64,000 nt of DNA from Eledone cirrhosa (Eukaryota). The DNA lies in NCBI GenBank assembly GCA_964016885.1, contig CAXHJY010000480.1:17079-81078 (forward strand). The letters run 5' to 3'. The position numbers and the translations under genes were made by a program. Positions 25,191 to 39,069 of the stretch are shown in pieces (the stretch's first letter is position 1; each line of letters opens with the position of its first letter). The notes beneath the pieces were generated by a model. That model did not search any database, was not told where the DNA came from, and was given only the letters and a program-made list of their open reading frames with translations.

Positions 25191-25900
25191 TCATCATCAT
25201 CATCATCATCATCAACGTTTAACGTCCGTGTTCCACGCTTGCATGGGTTTGGACGGGGGTAGTCCCACTTGAGGCAAGAGTGATTGTCTTGCTCGCATAG
25301 GACTGTCTGGCAGGTTTTCTACAGTTGGATGCCCTTCCTAACACCAACCACATTTACAGTGTGGGTCTGGGAGGTTTTTACCGTGTTGCCTACACGGCCA
25401 CATTACAGCGTGGACTGTGTGTTTTTTTGTCGTGACACCTACACGATCTCATTTGTTTCGGCCTGGATGGCGCGGCACCAACATAACTTTACATAGAACG
25501 GGGTGGTGTGGATGGGGTGGGGGGTGGCGGCGGGAGGGGTGTATTTTGTTAGATATGCCTACTGGCAAGGCGGGTCTTCTCTGTTACTGAGTACCGCCAA
25601 AGGTCACGGTCCAGTGACATTGTCTTGGAGAGGTGTAAGTGTGTGAGGTCGGAGTTTATCAGCTCATCCCATGTTTTTCTAGGTCTGCTATTCCGTGGCT
25701 ACCGTCTATCTTTATTGCCCTGCACTTTGTAATACAGCTATCGACTTTCATGCGCATCACGTGTCCATACCAACGCAGCCTTCTCTCGAGTAAACAACAT
25801 CTGATCCCTCTTATCTCTAATTTTTTCCTTAGTTCGTTTATGCTTTGCCGTTCACGTATATTACTGTTACTGCTTTGCCGTTCACGTATATTACTGTTAC
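25191..25900 (-). mobile_element. 5'-truncated RTE family A LINE
   Basis: (CAT)n tail, 3' UTR and C-terminal coding region; 30-bp tandem duplication at the 5' junction. Confidence 0.92.
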
Positions 25901-25910
25901 ATATATATAC

Positions 25911-25955
<45 letters not shown>

Positions 25956-25989
25956 CATATATATATATACATATATATAGTATATATAC

Positions 25990-26052
<63 letters not shown>

Positions 26053-26053
26053 C

Positions 26054-26098
<45 letters not shown>

Positions 26099-26165
26099 CA
26101 TATATATATATACATATATATATATATACATATATATACATATATATATATATACATATATATAC

Positions 26166-26212
<47 letters not shown>

Positions 26213-26213
26213 C

Positions 26214-26278
<65 letters not shown>

Positions 26279-26341
26279 TACACATATATATATATACATA
26301 TATATATATATACATATATATATATACATATATATATATAC

Positions 26342-26388
<47 letters not shown>

Positions 26389-26656
26389 CATATATATATA
26401 TACATATATATATATACATATATATATATACATATATATATATACATATATATATATACATATATATATATACACGTATATATATACACATATATATATA
26501 CACATATATATATATACATATATATATATACATATATATACACATATATATATACATATATATATATACATATATATACACATATATATATATACATATA
26601 TATACACATATATATACATATACAATATACATATATATACACATATATATATATAC

Positions 26657-26702
<46 letters not shown>

Positions 26703-26810
26703 ATATATATATATACACATATATATATATACATATATATATACACATATATATATATACATATATATATATACATATATATATATACATATATACATAT
26801 ACATATATAC

Positions 26811-26841
<31 letters not shown>

Positions 26842-27038
26842 CATATATATATATACATATATATATATACATATATATATATACATATATATATATACAT
26901 ATATATATATACATATATATATATACACGTATATATATACACATATATATATACACATATATATATATACATATATATATATACATATATATATATACAT
27001 ATATATATATACATATATATATACATATATATATATAC

Positions 27039-27083
<45 letters not shown>

Positions 27084-27120
27084 CATATATACATATACAT
27101 ATATACATATATATATATAC

Positions 27121-27165
<45 letters not shown>

Positions 27166-27194
27166 CATATATATATACACATATATATATATAC

Positions 27195-27245
<51 letters not shown>

Positions 27246-27246
27246 C

Positions 27247-27299
<53 letters not shown>

Positions 27300-27314
27300 C
27301 ATATATGTATATCC

Positions 27315-27347
<33 letters not shown>

Positions 27348-27390
27348 CATATATATATATACATATATATATATACATATATATATATAC

Positions 27391-27421
<31 letters not shown>

Positions 27422-27422
27422 C

Positions 27423-27499
<77 letters not shown>

Positions 27500-27500
27500 C

Positions 27501-27547
<47 letters not shown>

Positions 27548-27566
27548 CATATACACATATATATAT

Positions 27567-27601
<35 letters not shown>

Positions 27602-27629
27602 TATATATCATCATCATCATCATCATCAT

Positions 27630-27728
27630 ATTCATATATATATATATATATATATTCATATATATATATATATATATTCATATATATATATATATATATA
27701 TTCATATATATATATTCATATATATATA

Positions 27729-27764
<36 letters not shown>

Positions 27765-28020
27765 TATATATATATATATATATATATTCATATATATATA
27801 TATAGTCATATATATATATATATATATATTCATTCATATATATATATATATATATATTCATATATATATATATATATATTCATATATATATATATATTCA
27901 TATATATATATATATATTCATATATATATATATATATATATTCATATATATATATATATATATATTCATATATATATATATATATATATTCATATATATA
28001 TATATTCATATATATATATA

Positions 28021-28066
<46 letters not shown>

Positions 28067-28088
28067 TATATATATATATATATATATA

Positions 28089-28124
<36 letters not shown>

Positions 28125-28166
28125 TATATATATATATATATGAATATATATATATATATATATATA

Positions 28167-28202
<36 letters not shown>

Positions 28203-28532
28203 TATATATATATATATATATATTCATATATATATATATATATATATATATTCATATATATATATATATATATATATTCATATATATATATATATATATA
28301 TATTCATATATATATATATATATATGAATATATATATATATATATATTCATTCATATATATATATATATATATTCATATATATATATATATATATGAATA
28401 TATATATATATATGAATATATATATATATATTCATATATATATATATATATTCATATATATATATATATTCATATATATATATATATATATTCATATATA
28501 TATATATATATATATATTCATATATATATATA

Positions 28533-28572
<40 letters not shown>

Positions 28573-28613
28573 TATATATATATATATATATTCATATATA
28601 TATATATATATTC

Positions 28614-28663
<50 letters not shown>

Positions 28664-28743
28664 GAATATATATATATATATATATGAATATATATATATA
28701 TATATGAATATATATATATATATATTCATATATATATATATAC

Positions 28744-28799
<56 letters not shown>

Positions 28800-28801
28800 T
28801 C

Positions 28802-28878
<77 letters not shown>

Positions 28879-28882
28879 TATA

Positions 28883-28916
<34 letters not shown>

Positions 28917-28985
28917 TATATTCATATATTCATATATATATATATATATATATATTCAACTATATATATATTCAACTATATATAT
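27630..28985. repeat. Compound (TA)n tract with TTCA/TGAA interruptions, preceded by an isolated (CAT)7 at 27609-27629
   Basis: Read directly from sequence. Confidence 0.95.
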
Positions 28986-28987
28986 AT

Positions 28988-29704
28988 TTAACTACTTTTC
29001 CCATCTTGACGTTATAGTCGCATATATGTTATAGAATGCCGTTAGCTTCTTCCTAAAACAATCTCTATACCTCTCATTTATATTTATACTCGGATTCTTT
29101 TCCTAGAGTGCTTAAACTATCTGTGACTAATCCCGGTTTTTTTCATAAAAACTGTGATAATTATTGCTATTTTGCTGAACTCCTTTGTAGAGTTTTTTTT
29201 CAGAATGTATTTGACTGCTATTTCTTGTAAATAAACATTCACTTCCATCCTGACGTCACTAGCCCCGTTTTTTCCTCATGTGCTTTTTCATAAATACACA
29301 TGAAGGCGAACTAGCCAGTTTTAGAATTCACTTTTTCGGATTATACTACTGTGAGAGCCCTGGTTTCTGTTGAGCTCTGCTGATGAATGAAATCCAACCG
29401 TGACCATCTCCACTGAAAGTTTTCATGAAATAGTCTTTTAAGACTATACAGAGCATTTGATGTTATTCCAAATTGAAGGATAAGTGTTTCAAACTTTATT
29501 TTATCATGAGTTAAAGGTCTATAGATTTTTCCCTGGATTTTACTAAATTCTGTGGATGAATTTATATCCTGATTCTCTTTTGAGATGAGTTTGAGTTATT
29601 TTTCCTAAATCTTTCGTTAACTACTTTTCCCATCTTGACGTTATAGTCGCATATATGTTATAGAATGCCGTTAGCTTCTTGCTAAAACAATCTCTATACC
29701 TCTC

Positions 29705-29712
<8 letters not shown>
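28988..29712 (+). repeat. ~95-bp direct repeats (28988-29083 and 29617-29712) bracketing about 530 bp
   Basis: TTAACTACTTTTCCCATCTTGACG...CTCTCATTTATAT occurs twice, with one substitution seen. Confidence 0.9.
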
Positions 29713-29744
<32 letters not shown>

Positions 29745-29757
29745 AAAGTTTTTATTA

Positions 29758-29795
29758 GCCGACAATGTTTCGTCCTATTAAGGACTCATCAGGGC
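29758..29795 (-). ncRNA. Inverted copy of the hammerhead ribozyme
   Basis: Minus strand reads GCC CTGATGA GTCCT taat AGGAC GAAA CATTG TC GGC. Confidence 0.88.
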
Positions 29796-29872
29796 AATCA
29801 AAACAACAAGAAGTAATATCGGCAGATACAAGCCGGCTTGTATCTGTCGATATTACTTCTTGTTGTTTGATT

Positions 29873-29909
29873 GCCCTGATGAGTCCTTATAGGACGAAAC
29901 ATTGTCGGC
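29873..29909 (+). ncRNA. Minimal type I hammerhead ribozyme with fully canonical core
   Basis: GCC-CTGATGA-GTCCT tat AGGAC-GAAA-CA t TG-TC-GGC. GUC cleavage triplet ends at 29906; AATAAA at 29911-29916. Confidence 0.88.
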
Positions 29910-30056
29910 TAATAAAAACTTTTGATGTATTAAAGGATTCTTTGTTTTACTCTCTTAATTTTTTGGCTCTGTTTAACTGCATTGAGCTATACCTTTTACT
30001 GTCATTTCTATAATACGAAGAGGGTGTTTAACTCCAACACGCTCCAGTATTCTAAT

Positions 30057-30103
<47 letters not shown>

Positions 30104-30109
30104 TATATA

Positions 30110-30144
<35 letters not shown>

Positions 30145-30270
30145 ATTAGAATACTGGAGCGTGTTGGAGTTAAACACCCTCTTCGTATTATAGAAATGAC
30201 AGTAAAAGGTATAGCTCAATGCAGTTAAACAGAGCCAAAAAATTAAGAGAGTAAAACAAAGAATCCTTTA

Positions 30271-30314
<44 letters not shown>

Positions 30315-30316
<2 letters not shown>

Positions 30317-33300
30317 AGCCAGTGTATCAATGCCAAAACGCTTATCAGCACAGCAACAAATAGGAACAACAACAAAATATGAAGACGTCGCATCCCAGAG
30401 TTGCAACACTTAATGTTGGCACTCTCAGAGGTAGATCTGCTGAAATAGCGGAGATGCTGGAGAGAAAGCAGGTGGATGTGTGCTGCGTGCAAGAGGTGAG
30501 ATGGAGAGGTGCCTCTGCGAGACTAGTCGTAGGCAAGCGTCTTAGATATAAGCTATTCTGGGTAGGTAAGGATGATGGGCTAGGGGGAGTAGGCATTTTC
30601 CTGGCTGAGAAATGGATCAATAAGACAATAGAGGTAGTTCGAGTTAGTAATCGAATAATTAAGCTTAGATTAGTTGTAGGTAGGAGACTACTGACAATCA
30701 TCTCGGCCTATGCTCCCCAAGCAGGCCTAGGCATAGATGAGAAAGACTGCTTTTATGAGCAACTTTTGCAAACAACCGCAATGACAGAGGACGGAGACAT
30801 TGTTATGCTAGCAGGAGACTTCAATGGTCATGTTGGACAGCTCCAGGATGGTTACACTGGGGTACATGGTGGGCATGGTTACGGTTCAAGAAATGAAGAA
30901 GGAGTGAGACTTCTTGAATTTTGTGATGCGGGTACATTGACTATTTGCAACACAAACTTCCAGAAACCTGCCAATCACCTAATAACCTACAAATCTGGTG
31001 AGCACATAAGCCAGATTGACTTCCTGCTAGTTAGGCAGCGGGACAGGCAGATAGTGTCTAATACCAAGGCATACCCTGGGGAAGAATGTACCCCACAGCA
31101 TAGGTTAGTTGTTAGTGATATCTCAGTAAGCAAGAGATGGAATGAGACATATAGGAAGGTGTGGAGAAGAAAGGTCTGGAAGCTAAAAGACCTTTCACTA
31201 AAATTCAAATTTAGGAAAGCCCTTCAAGACGTATATGACGAAAAAGAAGACGATTTATAGACGTATGACATAGATAATAACTGGAATTTCTTACGTGACA
31301 ACTTGCTGCAGGCTACTGATGAAACCTGTGGCTGGAGCAGAGCTCCAACCAGACAGAGAGTGACCTGGTGGTGGAACAGCACAGTAGATAAGGCTATTAG
31401 AGACAAAAGACTAGCATGGAAGACTTGGAAAAAGGGTGGGAGTAGGGAAGAATATACAGCCACTAAGAGAGAAGCTAGACGTCAGGTGTACTTAGCACGC
31501 AGGGAGGCAGAGAGTAGGAGGTTTGCCAATGTTCTGCGACAGGAAGATCAGAGGCGTGCGGTGTTCCACATTGCAAGGCAGTGTGTCAATGCAAATCAGG
31601 ATGTTGTTGGAGATAAATGTGTCCGGGATGATGCCGGTGTACTTAGTGTCACGAATGATCAGAAAAAGGAGGCCTGGAAATGTCATATTGAGAGACTGAT
31701 GAATGTGGAGAACGAATGGGAGAGAGAGAAATTACCCTTGGTGGATCCGACAGAGGGACCAGCTATTGAGATTGACGAATATAGGGTCCAAGAGGCGATT
31801 AGGGAAATGAAAAATGGTAAGGCTGTCGGACCATCCGGAATAGTTGCTGAGATGCTGAAGTAGGCACTAAACTGGTTGCACGCATCATCAATCAGGCTAT
31901 TTATGGTGGTGTCATACCCAAAGACTGGTGCAGCAGTATTCTCATAAATTGCTACAAAGGTAAAGGGGATGCTTTGGAAAGGAGCAATTATAGGGGTATA
32001 AAACTGATAGATCAGGTTATGAAAGGGGCAGAAAGGATTTTAGCACAACTAATTAGAGAAAGGGTCAAACTAGATGAGATGCGGTTTGGTTTTGTGCCTG
32101 GGAAGAGTACAACAGATGCCCTCTTCTTGGTGAGACAATTGCAAGAGAGGTTCTTAGAGAAGAATAAGCCACTATACTTATGGAGGCACATGGCTTAGTG
32201 GTTAGAGCATTGGCCTTGCAATCGAAAGGTTGTGAGTTCAATTCTCAGACCGGGTGATGTGTTGTTTCCTTGAGCAAGGCACTTTATTTCACATTGCTCC
32301 AGTTTACTCAGCTGTAGAAATGAGATGATAGGGACTGATGTCCCTATCATTCCACTGTAAAGTGGTCGTGGAGGTGCCACGGCAAAAAAGCACCCAGCAC
32401 TCACTGTAAATGAGGTTGGTGTTAGGAAGGGCATCCAGCTGTAGAAATCAAGCCAGCATCAGTTCCCATCCCACCCTTGCAAGCAGGGAAAAAGCGGATG
32501 TAAAATGAAATGATGATGATGATGATGACTTAGCCTTTGTTGACCTAGAGAAGGCCTTTGATAGGGTACCCCGATCTGTCATCTGGTGGTCCCTAAGGAA
32601 GCTAGGTGTTGAGGAATGGCTTGTGAGGACAGTGCAAACTTTGTACAGAGGTACTCTCAGTAAAGTCAGGGTAGGAATGGAGTTTAGTGAGGAATTCCAG
32701 ATACAAGTAGGAGTACATCAGGGTTCGGTCCTCAGCCCGCTCTTGTTCATTATAGTCCTCCAAGCCATAACAGAGGAGTTTAAGACTGGCTGGCCATGGG
32801 AACTTCTCTATGCTGACGATCTGGTTCTTATAGCAGAATCAGTAGAGGAGCTAGAGAATAAATTCTGGCTATGGAAACAACAGTTGGAAGCAAGAGGACT
32901 GAGAGTGAATCTAGCTAAGACAAAAGTGTTGATGAGTAGAAAAGAGGACAAAACCCTGATTTCGTCAGGGAAATGGCCATGTTCGATATGCAGAAAAGGA
33001 ACTGGCATAAATTCTATAAAATGCACACAATGCAGATCCTGGGTACACAAGAGATGTAGCGGGATAGCAGGCAAACTAACAGGTAGGGAGAAATATGTAT
33101 GCAGTAGATGTACAGGGAAATTAGACAGTAGAAGTCATAGACAGTAGATAGACACATTTTTCAAATGCAAGAGCGCGCTATAGAAGTGGTGGATAGCTTC
33201 CGGTACCTAGGAGATCAGATTAGCATGGGAGGAGGGTGTTCCGAGGCCATAGTATCTAGAATAAGGACGGGTTGGAAGAAGTTTAGGGAACTGCTTCCTC

Positions 33301-33808
33301 TGTTGACGAAGAAGGGTTTCTCCCTGCGTACGAAAGGCCGGTTGTATGATGCCTGTGTGAGGAGCGCGATGCTGCATGGTAGTGAGACATGGGCAGCAAC
33401 TGCAGAGGATATGCGACGGCTGGAGAGAAATGAGGCAAGCATGCTCCGTTGGATGTGCAGTGTAAATGTGCGTGAACGACCCATCATAAATGTGTTGAGA
33501 GAGAAACTGTGTCTGAGAGGGATAGAATGTAGTGTATGGGAGAGGAGACTGAGGTGGTATGGACATGTGATGCGCATGGAGGATGACCGATGGGTGAAGA
33601 ATTGCCAGTTGAAGGAAGACGTGGTAGAGGTAGACCACGAAAAACATGGGCGGAGGTGGTGAGAACAGACCGCAGATCATTGAAGCTCACGGTGGAGATG
33701 ACGAGGGACCGTGACGAGTGGAGAGATGTTGTGCTGAATAAGACCCGTCCCACCCATGCAAGCAGGGAAAAGCGGACGTAAAATGATGATGATGATGATG
33801 ATGATGAT
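30315..33808 (+). mobile_element. Near full-length but inactivated RTE family C LINE (APE-RT-PHD-like finger), interrupted by a SINE
   Basis: ATLNVGTL, CVQEVRW, SAYAPQ, GDFNGHVG, QIDFLL and QHRLVV APE motifs; RT with YADD at about 32809. Stops at 31258 and 31861 plus frameshifts. The ORF runs into the 3' terminus and (TGA)n. (TA)n on both sides. Confidence 0.93.
32181..32527 (+). mobile_element. Complete tRNA-head CORE-type SINE inserted in the RT region of the family C LINE
   Basis: A and B boxes, CORE-like segment, RTE-derived tail and (TGA)n. ACTTA is duplicated at 32176-32180 and 32528-32532. Removing the insert restores [14 protein letters not shown]. Confidence 0.92.
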
Positions 33809-33884
33809 ATATATATTATATATACATATATATATATTCATATATATATATATATATTATATATACATATATAATATATATTCA

Positions 33885-33928
<44 letters not shown>

Positions 33929-34245
33929 ATTATATAATATTTTCATATATATATAATTATATATATATATATATTTTCATATATATAATTATATAATATT
34001 TTCATATATATATAATTATATATATATATATATTTTCATATATATTATATATATATATATATATATAATTATATATATATATTCATATATATTATATATA
34101 TTCATATATATCTATATTATATATATCTATATTATATATATCTATATATATTCATATATATATATAGTCATATATATTATATATATTCATATATATTATA
34201 TATATTCAGATATATTATATGTTCATATATATTCATATATATTAT

Positions 34246-34294
<49 letters not shown>

Positions 34295-34317
34295 TTCATA
34301 TACATATATAATATATA

Positions 34318-34360
<43 letters not shown>

Positions 34361-34377
34361 ATGATATAATATTTTCA

Positions 34378-34422
<45 letters not shown>

Positions 34423-34452
34423 TATATATAATTATATATATATATATTTTCA

Positions 34453-34497
<45 letters not shown>

Positions 34498-34503
34498 TAT
34501 ATA

Positions 34504-34541
<38 letters not shown>

Positions 34542-34561
34542 TATATATATATATATTTTCA

Positions 34562-34594
<33 letters not shown>

Positions 34595-34978
34595 ATTATA
34601 TATATATATTCATATATATTATATATATTCATATATATCTATATTATATATATCTATATATATTCATATATATATATATAGTCATATATATTATATATAT
34701 TCATATATATTATATATTCATATATATTCATATATATTATATATATTATATATTCATATATATTATATATATATATATATTTTATATATATTCATACATA
34801 TATATATATTCATATATATTATATATTCATATATATTATATATATTCATATGTATTATATATATATTATACATATATATATATTATATATATATATATAT
34901 ATTATATATATATATATATATATTCATATACATTATATATATTCATATATATTATATATTCATATATATTATGTATAT
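33809..34978. repeat. Compound (TA)n tract (TTCA/ATTA interruptions) between two tail-to-tail LINEs
   Basis: Read directly from sequence. Confidence 0.95.
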
Positions 34979-35921
34979 TCATCATCATCATCATCATCAT
35001 CACCGTTTTACGTCCGTTCTTCCACGCTAGCATGGGTTAGACGGGTTGTCCTGTTGTGGGCAGTGTCTGGTCGGCTGACCATGCCTTGCTCATACAGGAA
35101 CTGATCTGGCTTGATTTCTACAGCTGGATGCCCTTCCTAACACCAACCTCATTTACAGTGAGTGCTGGGTGCTTTTTCGTGGCGCCTACACGTCCACTTT
35201 ACAGTGTGGGCTGGGTGCTTTTTTGCCGTGGCACCTCCACGACCACCTTGCGGTGGGGGGGGGGGGGGCATATTGTTTATATGCTTCAGCATGTACCCAT
35301 TGGAGGTCGGGTACCCTGTATTACTGCGTGACGCCAGAAGTCACGGTCGTGTGTCATTGACTTTGAAGAGGTGTAGTTGGGTAAGGTCGGCTTTTATCAC
35401 CTCATCCCAAGTCATCTTGGGTCTCCCCACTCCGCGGTTTCCATCAACTTCTAGTGCTCTGCACCTTTTTATGCAGCTGTCATCCTTCATACGCATCACA
35501 TGTCCCATACCAGCGTAACCGCCTCTCCTGCACGCAGCATTTGATTCCTCTTATGCTCAGTCTCTCTCTCAATTCCTTTATGCTTTGTCGTTCACGTATA
35601 TTACTGTTACACATCCATCGGAGCATGCAGGCTTCGTTTCTCTCTAATCTACGTAAGTCTTCCACCTTCAGCGCCCAGGTCTCACTACCATGCAACATCG
35701 CTGTTCGGATACACGCATCATACAGTCTGCCTTTCATTCTGAGGGAGAAGCCTTTTGCAGCTAGCAGTGGTAGTAGTTCCCTAAACTTCTTCCATCCCGT
35801 TCTTACCCTAGTTATTGTACTTTCTGAGCACCCACCTCCGTTGCTAATTCGGTCACCTAGGTAGCAGAAGCTGTCTACTGTTTCTACAGGGCCCTCCCAG
35901 AGATTGGTGGTACTTGTTTCC
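34979..35921 (-). mobile_element. 5'-truncated RTE family B LINE
   Basis: Reverse complement of 51815-52752; [22 protein letters not shown]...; (CAT)n tail. Confidence 0.92.
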
Positions 35922-36126
35922 ATATATATATTCATATATATATATATTCATATATATATATATTCATATATATACTATTCATATATATATATATTCATAT
36001 ATATATATATTCATATATATATATATTCATATATATATATATTCATATATATATATATTCATATATATATATATTCATATATATATATATTCATATATAT
36101 ATATATATTCATATATATATATATTC

Positions 36127-36172
<46 letters not shown>

Positions 36173-36227
36173 TATATTATATATATAAATATGTTCATAT
36201 ATTATATATATATATTCATATATATTA

Positions 36228-37390
36228 TCATCATCATCATCATCATCAACGTTTAACGTCCGTGTTCCACGCTTGCATGGGTTTGGACGGGGGTAGTCCC
36301 ACTTGAGGCAAGAGTGATTGTCTTGCTCGCATAGGACTGTCTGGCAGGTTTTCTACAGTTGGATGCCCTTCCTAACACCAACCACATTTACAGTGTGGGT
36401 CTGGGAGGTTTTTACCGTGTTGCCTACACGGCCACATTACAGCGTGGACTGTGTGTTTTTTTGTCGTGACACCTACACGATCTCATTTGTTTCGGCCTCG
36501 ATGGCGCGGCACCAACATAACTTTACATAGAACGGGGTGGTGTGGATCGGGTGGGGGTGGTGGGACGGGGTGTATTTTGTTAGAGATGCCTACTGGCTGG
36601 AGTAGGTTTTACTATATATTTAGGTAAGGCGGGTCTTCTCTGTTACTGAGTACCGCCAAAGGTCTCGGTCCAGTGACATTGTCTTGGAGAGGTGTAAGTG
36701 TGTGATGTCGGAGTTTATCAGCTCGTCCCAGGTTTTTCTAGGTCTGCCTATTCCGTGACTACCGTCTATCTTTATTGCCCTGCACTTTGTTATACAGCTA
36801 TCGACTTTCATGCGCATCACGTGTCCATACCAACGTAGCCTTCTCTCGAGTAAACAACATCTGATCCCTCTTATCTCTAATTTATTCCTTAGTTCGTTTA
36901 TGCTTTGCCGTTCACGTATATTACTGTTACACATCCAGCGGAGCATGCAAGCTTCGTTCCTCTCTAGTCTGCGTATATCCTCTGCACACAATGCCCAGGT
37001 CTCACTGCCATGCAGCATTGCTGTTCGTATGCAGGCATCGTACAACCTGCCTTTCATTTTTAGTGAGAACCCTTTAGCAGCTAATAGTGGTATAAGCTCT
37101 CTGAACTTTTTCCAACCAGTTCTGACTCTAGCTACAGTACTTTCAGAGCACCCTCCCCCACTGCTGATTTTATCGCCCAGGTAACGGAAGCTGTCCACTA
37201 TTTCTATAGAACCCTCTGCGCAATTGAAAGAGCTAGTAGTTTGTGGGCACTTGCTGCTACTTATTGCACCAGAGCACCGGCCACATGTAAAATCTATGTT
37301 CTTAGTTAGCCTACCTGTGATCCCACTACATCTTTTATGCACCCATACTTTGCATTTAGGACATAAAATGGAGTTTCTACCTACGCCTTT
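36228..37390 (-). mobile_element. 5'-truncated RTE family A LINE
   Basis: Open C-terminal ORF 36620-37342, full 3' UTR, (CAT)n tail, (TA)n on both sides. Confidence 0.93.
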
Positions 37391-38010
37391 ATATATATAT
37401 ATATATTCATATATATGTATATATATATATATATATTCATATATATGTATATATATATATTCATATATTATATATATATATTCATATATATTATATATAT
37501 ATATATATTCATATATATGTATATATATATATTCATATATATGTATATATATATATTCATATATATGTATATATATATATATATATATTCATATATATGT
37601 ATATATATATATATATATTCATATATATGTATATATATATATATATATTCATATATATGTATAATATATATATATATTCATATATATGTATATATATATA
37701 TATATTCATATATATGTATAATATATATATATATTCATATATATGTATATATATATATATATATTCATATATATGTATATATATATATATATTCATATAT
37801 ATATATATGATATATGTATGTATATATATATATTCATATATATGTATATATATATATTCATATATATGTATATATATATATATTCATATATATGTATATA
37901 TATATATATATTCATATATATAAATATATATATATATTCATATATATATATATATATTATATATATTTATATATATTATATATATTCATATATATTATAT
38001 ATATATATTC

Positions 38011-38043
<33 letters not shown>

Positions 38044-38171
38044 TCATATATATTATATATTATATATATTCATATATATTATATATATTCATATATATTA
38101 TATATATATATATATATATTCATATATATGTATATATATAAATATATTCATATATATCATATATATGTATA

Positions 38172-38360
38172 TGACGGTGGATTGGCAGTATCGGTAGAGG
38201 GTCGGACGCCATGCTTTGCAGCAAAGAGTTACGGCCCTTTATGATCTGAGTTCAAATCCCGCCGAGGTTAACTTTGCCTTTCATCCTTACGAGGTCGATA
38301 AAATAAAGTACCAGTAATACACTGGGTAATTGCTGGCCTTGTGCCAAAAGTAGAAACAAT
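38172..38360 (+). mobile_element. tRNA-head SINE with Nin/Deu-like domain
   Basis: A-box-like TGGCAGTATCGGTAGAG, B box GAGTTCAAATCC, then GAGGTTAACTTTGCCTTTCATCCTTACGAGGTCGATAAAATAAAGTACCAG; flanked by (TA)n. Confidence 0.7.
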
Positions 38361-38386
38361 CATATATATGTATATATATAAATATA

Positions 38387-38422
<36 letters not shown>

Positions 38423-38426
38423 TATA

Positions 38427-38465
<39 letters not shown>

Positions 38466-38817
38466 TATATATTATATATATATGTATATATATATATATA
38501 TATTCATATATATTATATATATATATGTATATATAATATATGTATATATATTCATATATATGTATATATATATATATATATTCATATATATATGTATATA
38601 TATTCATATATATATGTATATATATTCATATATATATGTATATATATTCATATATATATGTATATATATATATTCATATATATTATATATATATATTCAT
38701 ATATATTATATATATATTCATATGTATATATATATATTCATATATATTATATATATATTCATATATATATATGTATATATTGATATACATTATATATATA
38801 TATGTATATATATATAT

Positions 38818-38864
<47 letters not shown>

Positions 38865-38934
38865 GTATATATATATATTATATATATGTATATATATATG
38901 TATATATATATATATGTATATATATATGTATATA

Positions 38935-39015
<81 letters not shown>

Positions 39016-39020
39016 GTATG

Positions 39021-39057
<37 letters not shown>

Positions 39058-39069
39058 GTATATATATAT

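Larger units (their letters stand above)
29741..30276. mobile_element. Double-palindromic Penelope-like / retrozyme-like non-coding element in (TA)n
   Basis: Inverted repeat 29741-29834 / 29835-29926 with no spacer, and inverted repeat 29925-30060 / 30141-30276 with a (TA)n spacer. Contains two hammerhead motifs. Confidence 0.8.

Noticed and set aside
25284-25496. Recurrent 70-aa [26 protein letters not shown]... (also at 36318, 40906, 42586, 43321, 61596)
   Set aside because: Antisense reading of the RTE family A 3' UTR from a TTG start; it recurs because the repeat recurs.
20606-28879. Very long ORFs rich in Y, I, H, T, C, M and V (up to 850 aa), also at 43-45 kb and 54-64 kb
   Set aside because: They are translations of (TA)n tracts, which lack stop codons by composition. 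Apparent fusions to RTE peptides are just insertion junctions.
30315-30380. Possible HDV-like ribozyme at the RTE 5' end
   Set aside because: No nested double pseudoknot can be drawn; the copy is probably clipped at the 5' end.
32182-32253. tRNA-like sequence with A and B boxes and a TTGCAA loop
   Set aside because: No proper acceptor stem and it runs directly into the SINE body, so it is a SINE head rather than a tRNA gene.
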